A DNA stretch of 64,000 nt from Collinsella sp. GTDB taxonomy: Bacteria; Actinomycetota; Coriobacteriia; Coriobacteriales; Coriobacteriaceae. The stretch lies in assembly GCA_019419555.1 (NCBI GenBank), contig DXZR01000003.1, forward strand, positions 3,851-67,850. Reading direction: 5' to 3'. Each line of letters opens with the position of its first letter. Position 1 is the first letter of the stretch. Under the pieces are notes generated by a model. The model was not told the origin of the DNA. It saw only the letters and a list, made by a program, of their open reading frames with translations, and ran no database searches. The translations under genes were made by a program, and so were the position numbers. Below, piece after piece: positions 17,061 to 27,277 of the stretch.

Positions 17061-18365
17061 TTGAATAGCCAGCTGATCCAACAGGGCCGCGCCGCTTACC
17101 GCGCGGGTGATTTTTCCGCTGCAGCCCAGATGCTTGGGGCGGCAAAAACTCCCGATGAGATTATGGGCGAGGCCGATCACCTTCGTGGCAACGCCTTGAT
17201 GCACCTGGGCATGTATGCCGAGGCCGCCGAGGCTTATGCTGCCGCCCTCAACGACGGCACCTATGGCAAGCGCGGCGCGCTGCTCACCAACCGCGGCAAG
17301 GCACTCGCCGCGGTGGGCGACTACACGACGGCCGCTCAGGCGTTCTCTGCTGCTACCCAGGATGCTTCCTATGCCACGCCGTTCAAGGCCTATCTGGGCC
17401 TGGGCAATGCGCTGTTCCAGTCGGGCGACTATGCCAACGCGGGTACTGCCTTCCGTCAGGCTGCCATCGACGGCGCCAATCCGGCTCCTGCCGCCGCACT
17501 CGGCGAGCTCGGTCGTTGCTTCATTAAGCTCGGCCGTCCGGCGGATGCCGTGGAGACCTACCGCACGGCTATCGACTTTGCCGGTCCCCGCGACGATACG
17601 CGTGCGCTCAACGCCGGCATGGGTCAGGCGCTTTCTGCCGCCGGTCGTCCCTCCGACGCACTCGACGCCTTTAACGCCGCTACTGCCGATGGCATCTACC
17701 AGCTCACCTCCGAGCAGGCCGACGAGCTTGCCCGCGTGCACGATTCGCTTGCCGCGCTGTCTGCCCAGACGGCTATGGCCACGGCTCCGGCGCCCGCGAT
17801 GGACGCTCCCGCCGTCGATCCGCTCGATCCTACGGGCGCGACCGGTCAGTTTATGCCCGATCCCTCGGATACCGGCTTCTTTACGCTGTCCGAGTCCGAG
17901 ATGGTCCAGCAGGACCGTCAGGATCGTAAGCAGGCCAAGGTCCGTCGTCGCCATCGCCACACGGGTCTCAAAGTCTTCATCGTGCTGCTTCTGCTCATTT
18001 TGATTGCTGCGGGCGGTCTGGGCTTTGCCTACACGCGCGGCTTTGGCTTCCCGTCCCAGGAGTCTGTCGTTACCGATCTGTTCCAGGCTGCCGGCGACGG
18101 TGACACCGCAAAGGCCGAGTCTTACCTGGCCTCGAGCCTGTCCGAGGACGCCAAATCGATGATCATCTCCTCGATTCCGCAGGGTGCCACCGTGTCCGTC
18201 GAGGGCATGGATCAGTCCATGACCGAGACGGCCGCCAAGGTGAAGGCATCGCTGTCCAAGGGCGGCGAGCAGGAGTACACCGTCAAATTCGTGCGCTCCG
18301 ACAACCATATCGGCTGGGCCGTTTCCTCGCTCGATATGGATTTCTCGGCTGCTGACAACCAGTAG
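17061..18365 (+). CDS. TPR-repeat membrane protein of unknown function
   Basis: Several TPR-like A/Y/G repeats in the first 230 aa, a Pro/Ala linker, one TM helix (VFIVLLLLILIAAGGLGFAY), about 110-aa C-terminal domain; TTG start with purine-rich RBS. Confidence 0.7.
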   Translation: MNSQLIQQGRAAYRAGDFSAAAQMLGAAKTPDEIMGEADHLRGNALMHLGMYAEAAEAYAAALNDGTYGKRGALLTNRGKALAAVGDYTTAAQAFSAATQDASYATPFKAYLGLGNALFQSGDYANAGTAFRQAAIDGANPAPAAALGELGRCFIKLGRPADAVETYRTAIDFAGPRDDTRALNAGMGQALSAAGRPSDALDAFNAATADGIYQLTSEQADELARVHDSLAALSAQTAMATAPAPAMDAPAVDPLDPTGATGQFMPDPSDTGFFTLSESEMVQQDRQDRKQAKVRRRHRHTGLKVFIVLLLLILIAAGGLGFAYTRGFGFPSQESVVTDLFQAAGDGDTAKAESYLASSLSEDAKSMIISSIPQGATVSVEGMDQSMTETAAKVKASLSKGGEQEYTVKFVRSDNHIGWAVSSLDMDFSAADNQ

Positions 18366-18480
18366 TGACCTTATGGGATTTAGCTTTGCCCGGCGCTTCA
18401 CCGCAAGTGAGGTGCCGGGCTTGCGCTAGTATGATGAGCTAGTAGTTTTCCAGCAATCATCCAACACATCAGGAGTTGCG

Positions 18481-19524
18481 TTGTTTTCTTTGATGGATAT
18501 GTTCTTCGGTAGCTATGCGGGCGATCTTGCCATCGACCTCGGCACCGCAAATACGCTTGTCTCCGTGCGCGGCAAGGGCATCGTCATCCGCGAGCCCTCC
18601 GTCGTCGCCATCGACAAGAACGACGAGCGCATCCTGGCGGTCGGTATCGAGGCAAAGCGCATGCTCGGCCGTACGCCCGGCAACATTGTGGCCGTTCGTC
18701 CCCTGAAGGACGGCGTCATCGCCGACTTCGATGTTACAGAGGCTATGCTTCGCTACTTTATCGACAAGGCGTCCGAGAAGCGCTATCCGTGGACCCCGCG
18801 TCCGCGCGTTGTCGTCTGCGTTCCCTCCGGTGTCACGTCGGTCGAGAAGCGTGCCGTCTTTGAGGCCACGATCCAGGCCGGCGCTCGCCAGGCCTATCTG
18901 ATCGAAGAGCCTATGGCCGCCGCTATCGGCGCCGACCTGCCCGTCGAGGAGCCTACCGGCTCCATGGTCATCGACATCGGTGGCGGTACCACCGAGGTTG
19001 CCGTTATCGCTATGGGCGGCATCGTCGTCTCGCAGTCCATCCGTATTGCCGGCGACGAGTTCGATCAGGCCATCCTCACGCACGTTCGCGATGCCTACAA
19101 CTTGGCCATCGGCGAGCGTACGGCAGAGGACATCAAGATCAAGGTCGGCTCCGCCGTGCCGCTCAAGGACGAGCTCGACGTCGAGGTCAACGGCCGCGAC
19201 GTGATTACCGGTCTGCCCAAGACCGTGCGCATCGAGAGCGAGGAGATTCGTCGCGCACTCAACAAGCCGCTCGACGAGATGGCCAAGGCCGTCAAGGACG
19301 CGCTCGACGCTACGCCTCCCGATCTTGCCTCGGACCTTATGTACTACGGCATTTTGCTGACCGGTGGCGGCGCGCTGCTGCGCGGTCTCGACGTGCGCCT
19401 GCGCGATGAGACCGGCGTTTCGGTCAACGTCAGCCCCACGGCGCTCGATAACGTTGTTAACGGCTGTGCCCGCGTGCTCGAGGCCAATGCGTTTGATGGC
19501 GGCTTCGTCCAGACCAATGCTTAA
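18481..19524 (+). CDS. mreB: rod shape-determining actin homologue MreB
   Basis: DLAIDLGTANTLV, EPMAAAIGA, VIDIGGGTTEVAV, LTGGGALLRGLD. Confidence 0.95.
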   Translation: MFSLMDMFFGSYAGDLAIDLGTANTLVSVRGKGIVIREPSVVAIDKNDERILAVGIEAKRMLGRTPGNIVAVRPLKDGVIADFDVTEAMLRYFIDKASEKRYPWTPRPRVVVCVPSGVTSVEKRAVFEATIQAGARQAYLIEEPMAAAIGADLPVEEPTGSMVIDIGGGTTEVAVIAMGGIVVSQSIRIAGDEFDQAILTHVRDAYNLAIGERTAEDIKIKVGSAVPLKDELDVEVNGRDVITGLPKTVRIESEEIRRALNKPLDEMAKAVKDALDATPPDLASDLMYYGILLTGGGALLRGLDVRLRDETGVSVNVSPTALDNVVNGCARVLEANAFDGGFVQTNA

Positions 19525-19545
19525 TTTCCAAAAGGTGGATTCCAT

Positions 19546-20544
19546 TTGGCACGATCTTCGGGTTTCTCCACAAATCTGAATACCAAGCGACAATCAACGG
19601 GTATGCGCCCGTTGATTGTTTTCAGCCTGATTTCGGTGTTGCTGCTCACGTTTTATATTCGTGAGGGCGAGGCTGGGCCGATTCATGCCGTGCGTTCGGG
19701 CGTAACGACGATTACCTCGCCGGTGCGCTTTGTGGGTTCGGCTGTGGCGGCTCCCTTCAATGCCATCGGCAACGTGTTCTCTAACCTTACGGCGTCGCAG
19801 GACACGCTCGACGAGCTTAAGAAGCAAAACGAGGAACTGACCTCTAAGGTTGCCGAGCTCTCCGAGTCTCAAAAGACCGCCGAGCGTCTGGAGGGGCTGG
19901 TCGGCCTGCAGTCGACCTATAACCTCAAATCGACCGCTGCTCGTATCGTTGGTGCCTCGGGCGATGCCTGGACCTCGACCGTTACCATCGACAAGGGCTC
20001 TGCCGACGGCCTTACCATCAACATGCCCGTGACGAGTTCTGCCGGTGTTATCGGCCAGATCATCGAAGTCTCGGCCAAGACGTCCACCGTGCGCCTGATT
20101 GGCGACGAGAACTCGGGTGTGTCCGCCATGGTACAGGACACGCGCGCCCAGGGCATGCTGCAGGGTCAGGCTGACGGCACGCTGCGTCTTGAGTACGTGA
20201 GCGTCGACTCCGACGTTAAGGTTGGCGACATCATCGTGACCTCGGGCATCGGCGGTGTGTTCCCCAAGGGTCTACCGCTCGGCACCGTCTCGTCGGTTGA
20301 GAAATCGGCAAACGACGTGTACTACACCATTGTGGTGCGCGCTCAGACCACGGCCGAGAACAACGAGGAAGTGCTGGTCATTACCTCGCTGACCGATGAA
20401 CAGTCGGCCTCGGATGAGGACGTGAGCACGGCCAACAGCACGCCGCAGGGAACGTCGCGCGATGCTGCAACCAAGACGAAGGACGAGAGCTCGGATGACA
20501 GTTCCGACACGTCCGAGATGACCGATTCTGGCTCGAACGAATAG
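19546..20544 (+). CDS. mreC: rod shape-determining protein MreC
   Basis: N-terminal TM helix, coiled coil (LDELKKQNEELTSKVAEL), beta-barrel region (GLTINMPVTSSAGVIGQI, SGIGGVFPKGLPLGTV); position after mreB; Ser/Asp-rich tail. Confidence 0.88.
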   Translation: MARSSGFSTNLNTKRQSTGMRPLIVFSLISVLLLTFYIREGEAGPIHAVRSGVTTITSPVRFVGSAVAAPFNAIGNVFSNLTASQDTLDELKKQNEELTSKVAELSESQKTAERLEGLVGLQSTYNLKSTAARIVGASGDAWTSTVTIDKGSADGLTINMPVTSSAGVIGQIIEVSAKTSTVRLIGDENSGVSAMVQDTRAQGMLQGQADGTLRLEYVSVDSDVKVGDIIVTSGIGGVFPKGLPLGTVSSVEKSANDVYYTIVVRAQTTAENNEEVLVITSLTDEQSASDEDVSTANSTPQGTSRDAATKTKDESSDDSSDTSEMTDSGSNE

Positions 20545-20549
20545 AGGGC

Positions 20550-21122
20550 ATGTCCATGGATCTACACGAGCAGGGGATGAGCTCCCGCACGTTTGTGATC
20601 GCCGCCATCGTGTGCGTGCTGCTGCAGGCAGGCCTGGCACCGCAGATCTCCATTGCGGGTGGTCGCGTCAACTTCATGATTATCTTGGTGTGCCTGAGTG
20701 TGTTCTCGGGCGACCCAACCCGTGCCGTCGTGTGCGGTTTTTGCAGCGGCTTGTTTTATGACCTGTCCGCTGCCGTGCCGGTGGGCATTATGTCGCTCCT
20801 GCTGACCGTGGGTTCTTTTGCCCTGGTGCACAGCGCCGTCGGTCAGACGGGCGGTACCCCAAGTGCGCGCGGCGTCACTGTGGGCGCCTTCGCGCTCGTC
20901 ATTAATGTGATCTACAGCATCATCTTGCTGTTTATGGGTTTGGAGACGAGCTTTGTCGTGGCGATCTTCGGCCATGCGCTGCCGTCCTCGATCCTGACGG
21001 GTCTGGTTGCCATTCCGTTTTTGATGTCCGGCGTCGTGCCGCAGTCCGGCTATGGATTCTCCGCACGTGGCGGACGCCAGACGGGTATGCGCTTTAAGCC
21101 CAAGACCCGCAAGCTCAAATAG
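20550..21122 (+). CDS. mreD: rod shape-determining protein MreD (by position and topology)
   Basis: 190-aa polytopic membrane protein directly between mreC and pbp2; sequence itself is weakly diagnostic. Confidence 0.7.
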   Translation: MSMDLHEQGMSSRTFVIAAIVCVLLQAGLAPQISIAGGRVNFMIILVCLSVFSGDPTRAVVCGFCSGLFYDLSAAVPVGIMSLLLTVGSFALVHSAVGQTGGTPSARGVTVGAFALVINVIYSIILLFMGLETSFVVAIFGHALPSSILTGLVAIPFLMSGVVPQSGYGFSARGGRQTGMRFKPKTRKLK

Positions 21123-21135
21123 GGGAGGCCCGTAG

Positions 21136-23205
21136 ATGTCTTCCCAGATGACGGTTATTATCGCCGGTATCGTGCTGGTTGTGGCCATCGTGGTCGCGCT
21201 GGTCGTCATGCGTCGTGGCGATTCCCGTTTTACCTACGATACACAGCATGGAACGGCCCCGCGCGCCACCGAGGGCGAAGGCAATACCGCGGCGACCGCC
21301 TTTAAGGGCCGCTTTTCCATCCTCACCACGGGTGTGGGCGCGATGTTTGCGGCACTTGCCGTCAAGCTGTGGGGCATGCAGATGGTCTCGTCGGACTATT
21401 ACGAGAAGCAGGCCAATAGTAATCAGACTCGCACCGTTACCACACCCGCTGTGCGCGGTCGCATCCTCGACCGCAATGGCGTGGCGCTTGTCCAGAACCG
21501 TCCCTCACTTGCTGTCGTGGCCTACCGCGACCTTGCCGAGGATGAGGTTCTGGTTCGCCATCTTGCCAACGTGCTTGGAATGCCTTATGTGGCGGTCCTT
21601 CGCAATATTCAGGACAATACAGAGGGCGCTCAGAGCCTGCATACCATCGCGACGGACGTCCGTCGCTCCACGGTTGCCTATATTCAGGAGCATGCCGGCG
21701 AGTTCCCGGGCGTCAAGATTGCCGAGCGTACCGAGCGCCAGTATCCATACGGCGAGACGGCATGCCATATCTTGGGCTATACCGGCACCATTACCTCCGA
21801 GCAGCTCGAGGCCCAGAATAAGAAAACTTCTGGCGACGATGATGCTTCTGCTGGCAAGATTACGTACCAGTCGGGCGATATCGTGGGGCAGGCGGGCGTT
21901 GAGAGCTACTACGAAAACCTGCTGCAGGGTATTCGTGGCGAGCAGACCGTCAAGGTCGATGCCTCGGGCAACGTGACCGGTCAGGCCGGCGCCGTGCCCG
22001 CGAAGGCCGGCTCTGACATTAAGCTCACGCTCGACCTTAAGATCCAGCAGGCCTGCGAGACGGCGCTGGCGAGCGCTATCGAGCTTGCCAAGACCACTGG
22101 CTACAGCAATGCCGGCAACGGCGCTGTAGTGTGTCTCGATCCCAACAATGGCGAGATCCTGGGCATGGCGAGCCAGCCCAAGTTCGATCCGTCCGTCTTT
22201 ATTGGCGGCGTCTCAAATGACGTGTGGACCGAGCTCAATGATGACAAGGGTTCGCACCCGCTGCTCAACCGCGCCATTAGCGGACAGTACATGTCGGCCT
22301 CGACCATCAAGCCGCTCTCGGCACTGGCCGGTCTTGAGTTTGGAACCTACACGTCGGGGCAGACGACCAACTGCACGGGTTATTGGACGGGTCTGGGCAA
22401 GTCGTGGGGCAAGTACTGCTGGCTGCATTCCGGCCACGGCACCATGACGCTGCAGTCGGGAATCGCCAACTCGTGCGACCCTGTCTTCTACGACATGGGC
22501 AAGGCGTTCTTTTATGACGAGCAACATCCCGAGGGTCTGCAGGAGGTCTTTCGTCGCTGGGGTCTAGGCAAGACCTGCGGTATCGATCTGCCGAGTGAGG
22601 GCGCGGGTCGTATTCCCGATGCCGAGTGGAAAGAGTCGTACTTCACCGACGCATCTGCCGAGGACCGCAAGTGGAATGCCGGCGATATGACCAACATCGC
22701 CATCGGTCAGGGCGACATCCTGGTGACGCCCCTGCAGATGGCGTGTGCCTATATGGGTCTTGCCAACGGCGGCAAACAGTACGTGCCTCACGTGTTTTTG
22801 TCTGCCGTGTCGCGCGATGGCGACGGCGATGCCTATAAGTACAACGGCAAGGGCAAGAAGAAGCGCCTGGAGGCCAAGATCAACAGCGATTCGGATTTGG
22901 CTCTTGTTCGCAACGGCATGCACGACGTGATTTACACGGCATCGACGTCCCTGGCGGCTCACTTTGGCACCCTGACGCCGCAGGTATACGGCAAGTCGGG
23001 CACGGGCGAGAAAAGTGGCGAGGATGAATACGCGTGGTTCTGCGCCTATGCACCGGCCGATGACCCCAAGTATGTCATCGCTACCGTCTTGGAGCAGGGC
23101 GGCGGTGGCTCAGATACCGCGATGCATGTCGTGCGCGACGTGCTCGGCGTGATTTATGACGAGCCCGATACCTCTTCGGCCTCGGGCGATTCTTCGGTTC
23201 GATAG
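21136..23205 (+). CDS. mrdA: penicillin-binding protein 2 (elongation transpeptidase)
   Basis: N-terminal TM anchor, PBP dimerisation domain, SxxK (SASTIKP), SxN-like, KSGTGE motifs. Confidence 0.92.
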   Translation: MSSQMTVIIAGIVLVVAIVVALVVMRRGDSRFTYDTQHGTAPRATEGEGNTAATAFKGRFSILTTGVGAMFAALAVKLWGMQMVSSDYYEKQANSNQTRTVTTPAVRGRILDRNGVALVQNRPSLAVVAYRDLAEDEVLVRHLANVLGMPYVAVLRNIQDNTEGAQSLHTIATDVRRSTVAYIQEHAGEFPGVKIAERTERQYPYGETACHILGYTGTITSEQLEAQNKKTSGDDDASAGKITYQSGDIVGQAGVESYYENLLQGIRGEQTVKVDASGNVTGQAGAVPAKAGSDIKLTLDLKIQQACETALASAIELAKTTGYSNAGNGAVVCLDPNNGEILGMASQPKFDPSVFIGGVSNDVWTELNDDKGSHPLLNRAISGQYMSASTIKPLSALAGLEFGTYTSGQTTNCTGYWTGLGKSWGKYCWLHSGHGTMTLQSGIANSCDPVFYDMGKAFFYDEQHPEGLQEVFRRWGLGKTCGIDLPSEGAGRIPDAEWKESYFTDASAEDRKWNAGDMTNIAIGQGDILVTPLQMACAYMGLANGGKQYVPHVFLSAVSRDGDGDAYKYNGKGKKKRLEAKINSDSDLALVRNGMHDVIYTASTSLAAHFGTLTPQVYGKSGTGEKSGEDEYAWFCAYAPADDPKYVIATVLEQGGGGSDTAMHVVRDVLGVIYDEPDTSSASGDSSVR

Positions 23206-23214
23206 GAGGTTGCG

Positions 23215-24441
23215 ATGGATTTTTCTCCGGCGGATCTGTTCCGTTCAACCAAGACCGGCTCTCGCAGCAGCCTGGACCGTGTCAACAAGCAACTTTCGGC
23301 CTCGCGCGGCACGTTTCGCCAAAAGGTGCATATCGGTGTGCTCGTGGCTACTGTGGCGCTCGTCGCCTACGGTGCCATCATTATCTGGTCGGCTTCGCAG
23401 TTTAAGGCCGATGCCTCGTTCTCACGCCATCTGCTGGGAATTGGCATCGGGGCGGTGCTGGCGGTGCTCGTCTGGCGTACCGACCTGCGCGGTATTTCCA
23501 ATTTCTCGACGGCGTTGCTCGTCATCGACCTGATCGTGATCTTCTCGCCCAAGATTCCGGGTCTGTCCTATACGGGCGGTCTGGGCATGACGGGCTGGAT
23601 CAAGATTCCCGGTATCGGCTTGACATTCCAGCCGGTTGAGCTTGCCAAGCTCATCACCATCTTCTTTATTGCTACGCTTGGATCGCAGTATAACGGTCGC
23701 ATCGATACCGTTCGCGACTACGTCAAGCTCTGCGGCATGCTGTCCATTCCGTTTTTGGCCGTCGTTGCCATGGGCGACCTGGGCTCGGGCCTGGTCGTGC
23801 TGGTTTCGGGCGCCATCGTCATTTGTATGAGCGGTGCACGCCGCGAATGGGTGCTGTCGACCCTGGCCCTGCTCGTGGGCTTGGTGGCCCTCGTTCTGGC
23901 GCTCGATTCGGTCTTTGATTCGTTGCTCGGCCACGATGTGCTCATCAAGCAGTATCAGATGAACCGTCTGACGGTCTTTATCGACCCCGATAATGCCGAT
24001 TCGGACGATGCCTACAACCTGCAGCAGTCGCTTATCGCCGTTGGCTCGGGCGGCTTCTTTGGTAAGGGTTTGGGCCATGCGACGCAGTCGGCCGGCGGCT
24101 TTCTGCCTGAGTTCCACACCGACTTCGTCTTCGCCTTTTTGTCCGAGACCTTTGGTTTTTGCGGTTCCTTTTTTCTCTTGTGCCTCTACGTGCTGCTGAT
24201 CTTTTCGACGATTCGCGTCGCCTTTAAGTGTGAGTCGCTGTTCCTGCGTCTGTCGTGCGTAGGTATCGTCGGCATGTGGGCATTCCAGACCTTCGAGAAC
24301 ATCGGCATGTGCATCGGCATGATGCCGATTACCGGTATTCCGCTACCGTTTATTAGCTTCGGTTCGTCTTCGATGATGATCCAGCTGCTGACGGTGGGTA
24401 TCGTACAATCCATATGGCGGCATCGTTCGGGCGCCGCGTAA
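23215..24441 (+). CDS. rodA: SEDS glycosyltransferase RodA (FtsW/RodA/SpoVE family)
   Basis: 10-TM protein with QPVELAKL, NLQQSLIAVGSGGFFGKGLG, PEFHTDFVFA motifs; follows pbp2. Confidence 0.92.
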   Translation: MDFSPADLFRSTKTGSRSSLDRVNKQLSASRGTFRQKVHIGVLVATVALVAYGAIIIWSASQFKADASFSRHLLGIGIGAVLAVLVWRTDLRGISNFSTALLVIDLIVIFSPKIPGLSYTGGLGMTGWIKIPGIGLTFQPVELAKLITIFFIATLGSQYNGRIDTVRDYVKLCGMLSIPFLAVVAMGDLGSGLVVLVSGAIVICMSGARREWVLSTLALLVGLVALVLALDSVFDSLLGHDVLIKQYQMNRLTVFIDPDNADSDDAYNLQQSLIAVGSGGFFGKGLGHATQSAGGFLPEFHTDFVFAFLSETFGFCGSFFLLCLYVLLIFSTIRVAFKCESLFLRLSCVGIVGMWAFQTFENIGMCIGMMPITGIPLPFISFGSSSMMIQLLTVGIVQSIWRHRSGAA

Positions 24442-24459
24442 CCGCTGGAGGGGTTTGCT

Positions 24460-25389
24460 ATGAAAATTCCCGTAGATAAGCTGACCCGCGCTTTTAAGAT
24501 GGGCGCGTCCGTTAAGAAGGATTCCGATACGCCGGTGCGCGTCTCGGTCTATCTGGATTCGTCCGCCTCGCGCTTTCTGGCCGAGACGGTGCGTGACGCC
24601 TTTGTGCCGCAGACGACCTCGGGCATTGTGCGCGTCGAGCGTCTGGGGGAGGAGCGAATTGCTCCAAAGACCGATACCGATGTGGTGCTGGTGCTCTCGT
24701 GTGGTTCCGACCGCTTGGAGAGTGCCGTGCAGGAGCTCGTGATCGCCGGCGCGCCCGTGTGCGTGCTTGCCGAGTCTGCTGTGGAGGTGCCGTTTATCGA
24801 GGAGTCCACGCCCATGCTCGGTGTGGTGGCGGCAACCGATAAGACGTATCTGCTCGAGACGCTTGCCCGCTGGATTCTCGATCGCACCGACAAGGAAACG
24901 GCTTTTGCGGCGAACTTTGCCTTCATGCGCATCGCGGCGGCCAATCGTATCATCACCTCGTGTGCGCTCACCAATATGGCGACCGGGGCTTTGGTGTTTT
25001 TGCCGGGCACCGATTATCCCGTTATGGCGCTGGCGCAGGTGGGCATGCTCTTTGAGCTCGCTGCCGTCTTTGGACGCGGCATTAAGCCTGAGCGCGGCTA
25101 CGAGGTCGCGGGCGTGCTTGCCGGCGGTCTTGTGATCCGCGCGGTCACCCGCGCGCTCGTCAAGCAGACGCCGCATATTGGGTTTGCCGTCAAGGCGCTC
25201 GCTGCTGCCGCGGGCACCTATGGCATGGGCCGTGCGCTCGTTTCGCTCTACGAGCGCGATGTCGACTACAGCCGTGCTAACGAGGTGGTCACTGCCACGT
25301 TTTCCCGCGTTCGCGATCTGGTGACTGCGGTCGCGGGCGCTACCCGTCCTATGGCGTCCTATCAGGACGCATCAGATCTCGCTGCTTAG
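24460..25389 (+). CDS. conserved hypothetical protein with DUF697-like C-terminal half
   Basis: C-terminal LPGTDYPVMALAQVGMLFELAAVFG...GTYGMGRAL resembles the DUF697 signature (from memory). N-terminal half is alpha/beta-like without a P-loop. GGAGG RBS, 18 nt after rodA. Confidence 0.6.
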   Translation: MKIPVDKLTRAFKMGASVKKDSDTPVRVSVYLDSSASRFLAETVRDAFVPQTTSGIVRVERLGEERIAPKTDTDVVLVLSCGSDRLESAVQELVIAGAPVCVLAESAVEVPFIEESTPMLGVVAATDKTYLLETLARWILDRTDKETAFAANFAFMRIAAANRIITSCALTNMATGALVFLPGTDYPVMALAQVGMLFELAAVFGRGIKPERGYEVAGVLAGGLVIRAVTRALVKQTPHIGFAVKALAAAAGTYGMGRALVSLYERDVDYSRANEVVTATFSRVRDLVTAVAGATRPMASYQDASDLAA

Positions 25390-25399
25390 GGGTTTTCCG

Positions 25400-27277
25400 T
25401 TGCGCGTTGCATACCAAGACTGTTTTCATTTAATTGAGCCGTTGCTCGCCAAGGTCGAGAAGCCGAGTCGCTATATCGATCACGAGTGGGGCACGCTTTC
25501 CAAGGCCGATGCCGACTACCGTTGCTGCCTGATCTACCCGGATGTGTACGAGGTCGGTCTGCCCAACCAGGGCATCGCCATCCTCTACAACATCCTTAAC
25601 CAGGCCGAGGGCATCTCCTGCGAGCGCGGCTATGTGCCGTGGCCCGATATGGGTGACGCCATGCGCGAGGCAGGCATTCCGCTGCTGTCGCTCGAGGGTG
25701 CAGCGCCGGTCGCTTCGTTTGATATCGTCGGCCTGCATGTGCCGCACGAGATGGCGGTGACGAACTTCCTCGAGGCACTCGACCTCGCTGGTATTCCGCT
25801 GTTAGCGGCTGACCGCACCGAGGACGACCCCATTATCATCGCCGGCGGCCCCTCGGTGTACAACCCCGAGCCGTACGCGGCCTTCTTCGATGTTATCCTC
25901 ATCGGCGAGGGCGAGGAATCGCTGCTCGAGACCTGCCAGTTGCATCGCCGTCTGCGTGACGAAGGAGTCCCGCGCGCGCAGATTGTCGAGCAGCTTGCAT
26001 CCATTGCCGGCAACTACGTGCCGTCGCTCTATGAGGTTTGTCACGACGAGCCCTGCTCGCCGCATGGCTACACCGTGCCGCGTGAGGGCAAGGATGCGCC
26101 GACCGTGGTCTACAAGCGCGTCGTCGAGGATTTCGGCGCCACGAATCCGCTGTCGCAGTCGTGCGTGCCCTATGCGCAGCTGGTCCACGACCGCCTGTCT
26201 ATCGAGATCCTGCGCGGCTGCGCCCGCGGCTGTCGTTTTTGCCAGGCCGGCATGACGTATCGCCCGGTGCGTGAGCGCTCGGCCGACCAGATCGTCTCGT
26301 CGGTGATTCAGGGTCTGGAAAAGACCGGCTATGACGAGGTGTCGCTGACCTCGCTCTCCACGACCGACCACTCCTGCATTCGCGATGTGCTCGGCAGGCT
26401 CAACCATCGCCTGGAGGATACGGGTATTCGCGTGTCTATTCCGTCGCAGCGCCTGGATTCGTTTGGCGTGGATATGGCCGAGTCGGTCGCCGGCGAAAAG
26501 AAGGGCGGACTGACGTTCGCGCCCGAGGCCGGCAGCCAGCGCATGCGCGACATCATTAACAAGAACGTGACCGAGGAGGACCTGGACCGTGCGGCCAAGG
26601 CGGCCTTCGAGGCCGGTTGGAACCGCATGAAGCTCTACTTTATGATGGGCCTTCCCGGCGAGCGCGACGAGGACATCGTGGCCATCGCCAATCTGGCCGA
26701 TCACGTGCTGGAGCTCGGTCGTTCCGTGGTGCCCAAGGCTCGTCGCGGCTCGATCTCGGTGTCGATCTCGGTTTCGGTCTTTATCCCCAAGGCTGCCACG
26801 CCGTTCCAGTGGTGCCCGCAGCTCGACTACGACGACGTCAAGCGTCGCCAGAAGCTGCTCATCACGAGCGTTCGCAACCGTGCCGTCCGCGTTCATTACC
26901 ACGATGCCGAGACCTCGCTCATCGAGGCTGCGCTGTCCCGCGCCGGTCGTGACATGACGCCCGTCATCATCGACGCTTGGCGCTCGGGCTCTCGCTTTGA
27001 CGCCTGGGTAGAGCATTTCTCGCTCGATAACTGGAAGGAAGCTGCTGCCAAAAACGGCATCGACCTCAATGAGCTCGTGCACCTGCCCTACGAGTTGGAC
27101 TGGCGCCTGCCGTGGGAGCACGTGAGCCCCGGCTGCACGCGCGGCTTCCTCGAGCGCGAGTACCGTCGCTCGCTCGAGGGCGTCACGACTCCCGACTGCA
27201 CCCGCACGTCGTGCACCGGCTGCGGGATCTGCCCCACGCTCCACGCCAAGAATGTATTGATGGGTGATCGCGCATGA
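25400..27277 (+). CDS. uncharacterised radical SAM protein with N-terminal B12-binding-like domain (TIGR03960-like)
   Basis: CxxxCxxC cluster motif CARGCRFC at nt 26219-26242, SLSTTDH, GGLTFAPEAGS, MKLYFMMGLPGE; TTG start. Confidence 0.88.
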   Translation: MRVAYQDCFHLIEPLLAKVEKPSRYIDHEWGTLSKADADYRCCLIYPDVYEVGLPNQGIAILYNILNQAEGISCERGYVPWPDMGDAMREAGIPLLSLEGAAPVASFDIVGLHVPHEMAVTNFLEALDLAGIPLLAADRTEDDPIIIAGGPSVYNPEPYAAFFDVILIGEGEESLLETCQLHRRLRDEGVPRAQIVEQLASIAGNYVPSLYEVCHDEPCSPHGYTVPREGKDAPTVVYKRVVEDFGATNPLSQSCVPYAQLVHDRLSIEILRGCARGCRFCQAGMTYRPVRERSADQIVSSVIQGLEKTGYDEVSLTSLSTTDHSCIRDVLGRLNHRLEDTGIRVSIPSQRLDSFGVDMAESVAGEKKGGLTFAPEAGSQRMRDIINKNVTEEDLDRAAKAAFEAGWNRMKLYFMMGLPGERDEDIVAIANLADHVLELGRSVVPKARRGSISVSISVSVFIPKAATPFQWCPQLDYDDVKRRQKLLITSVRNRAVRVHYHDAETSLIEAALSRAGRDMTPVIIDAWRSGSRFDAWVEHFSLDNWKEAAAKNGIDLNELVHLPYELDWRLPWEHVSPGCTRGFLEREYRRSLEGVTTPDCTRTSCTGCGICPTLHAKNVLMGDRA

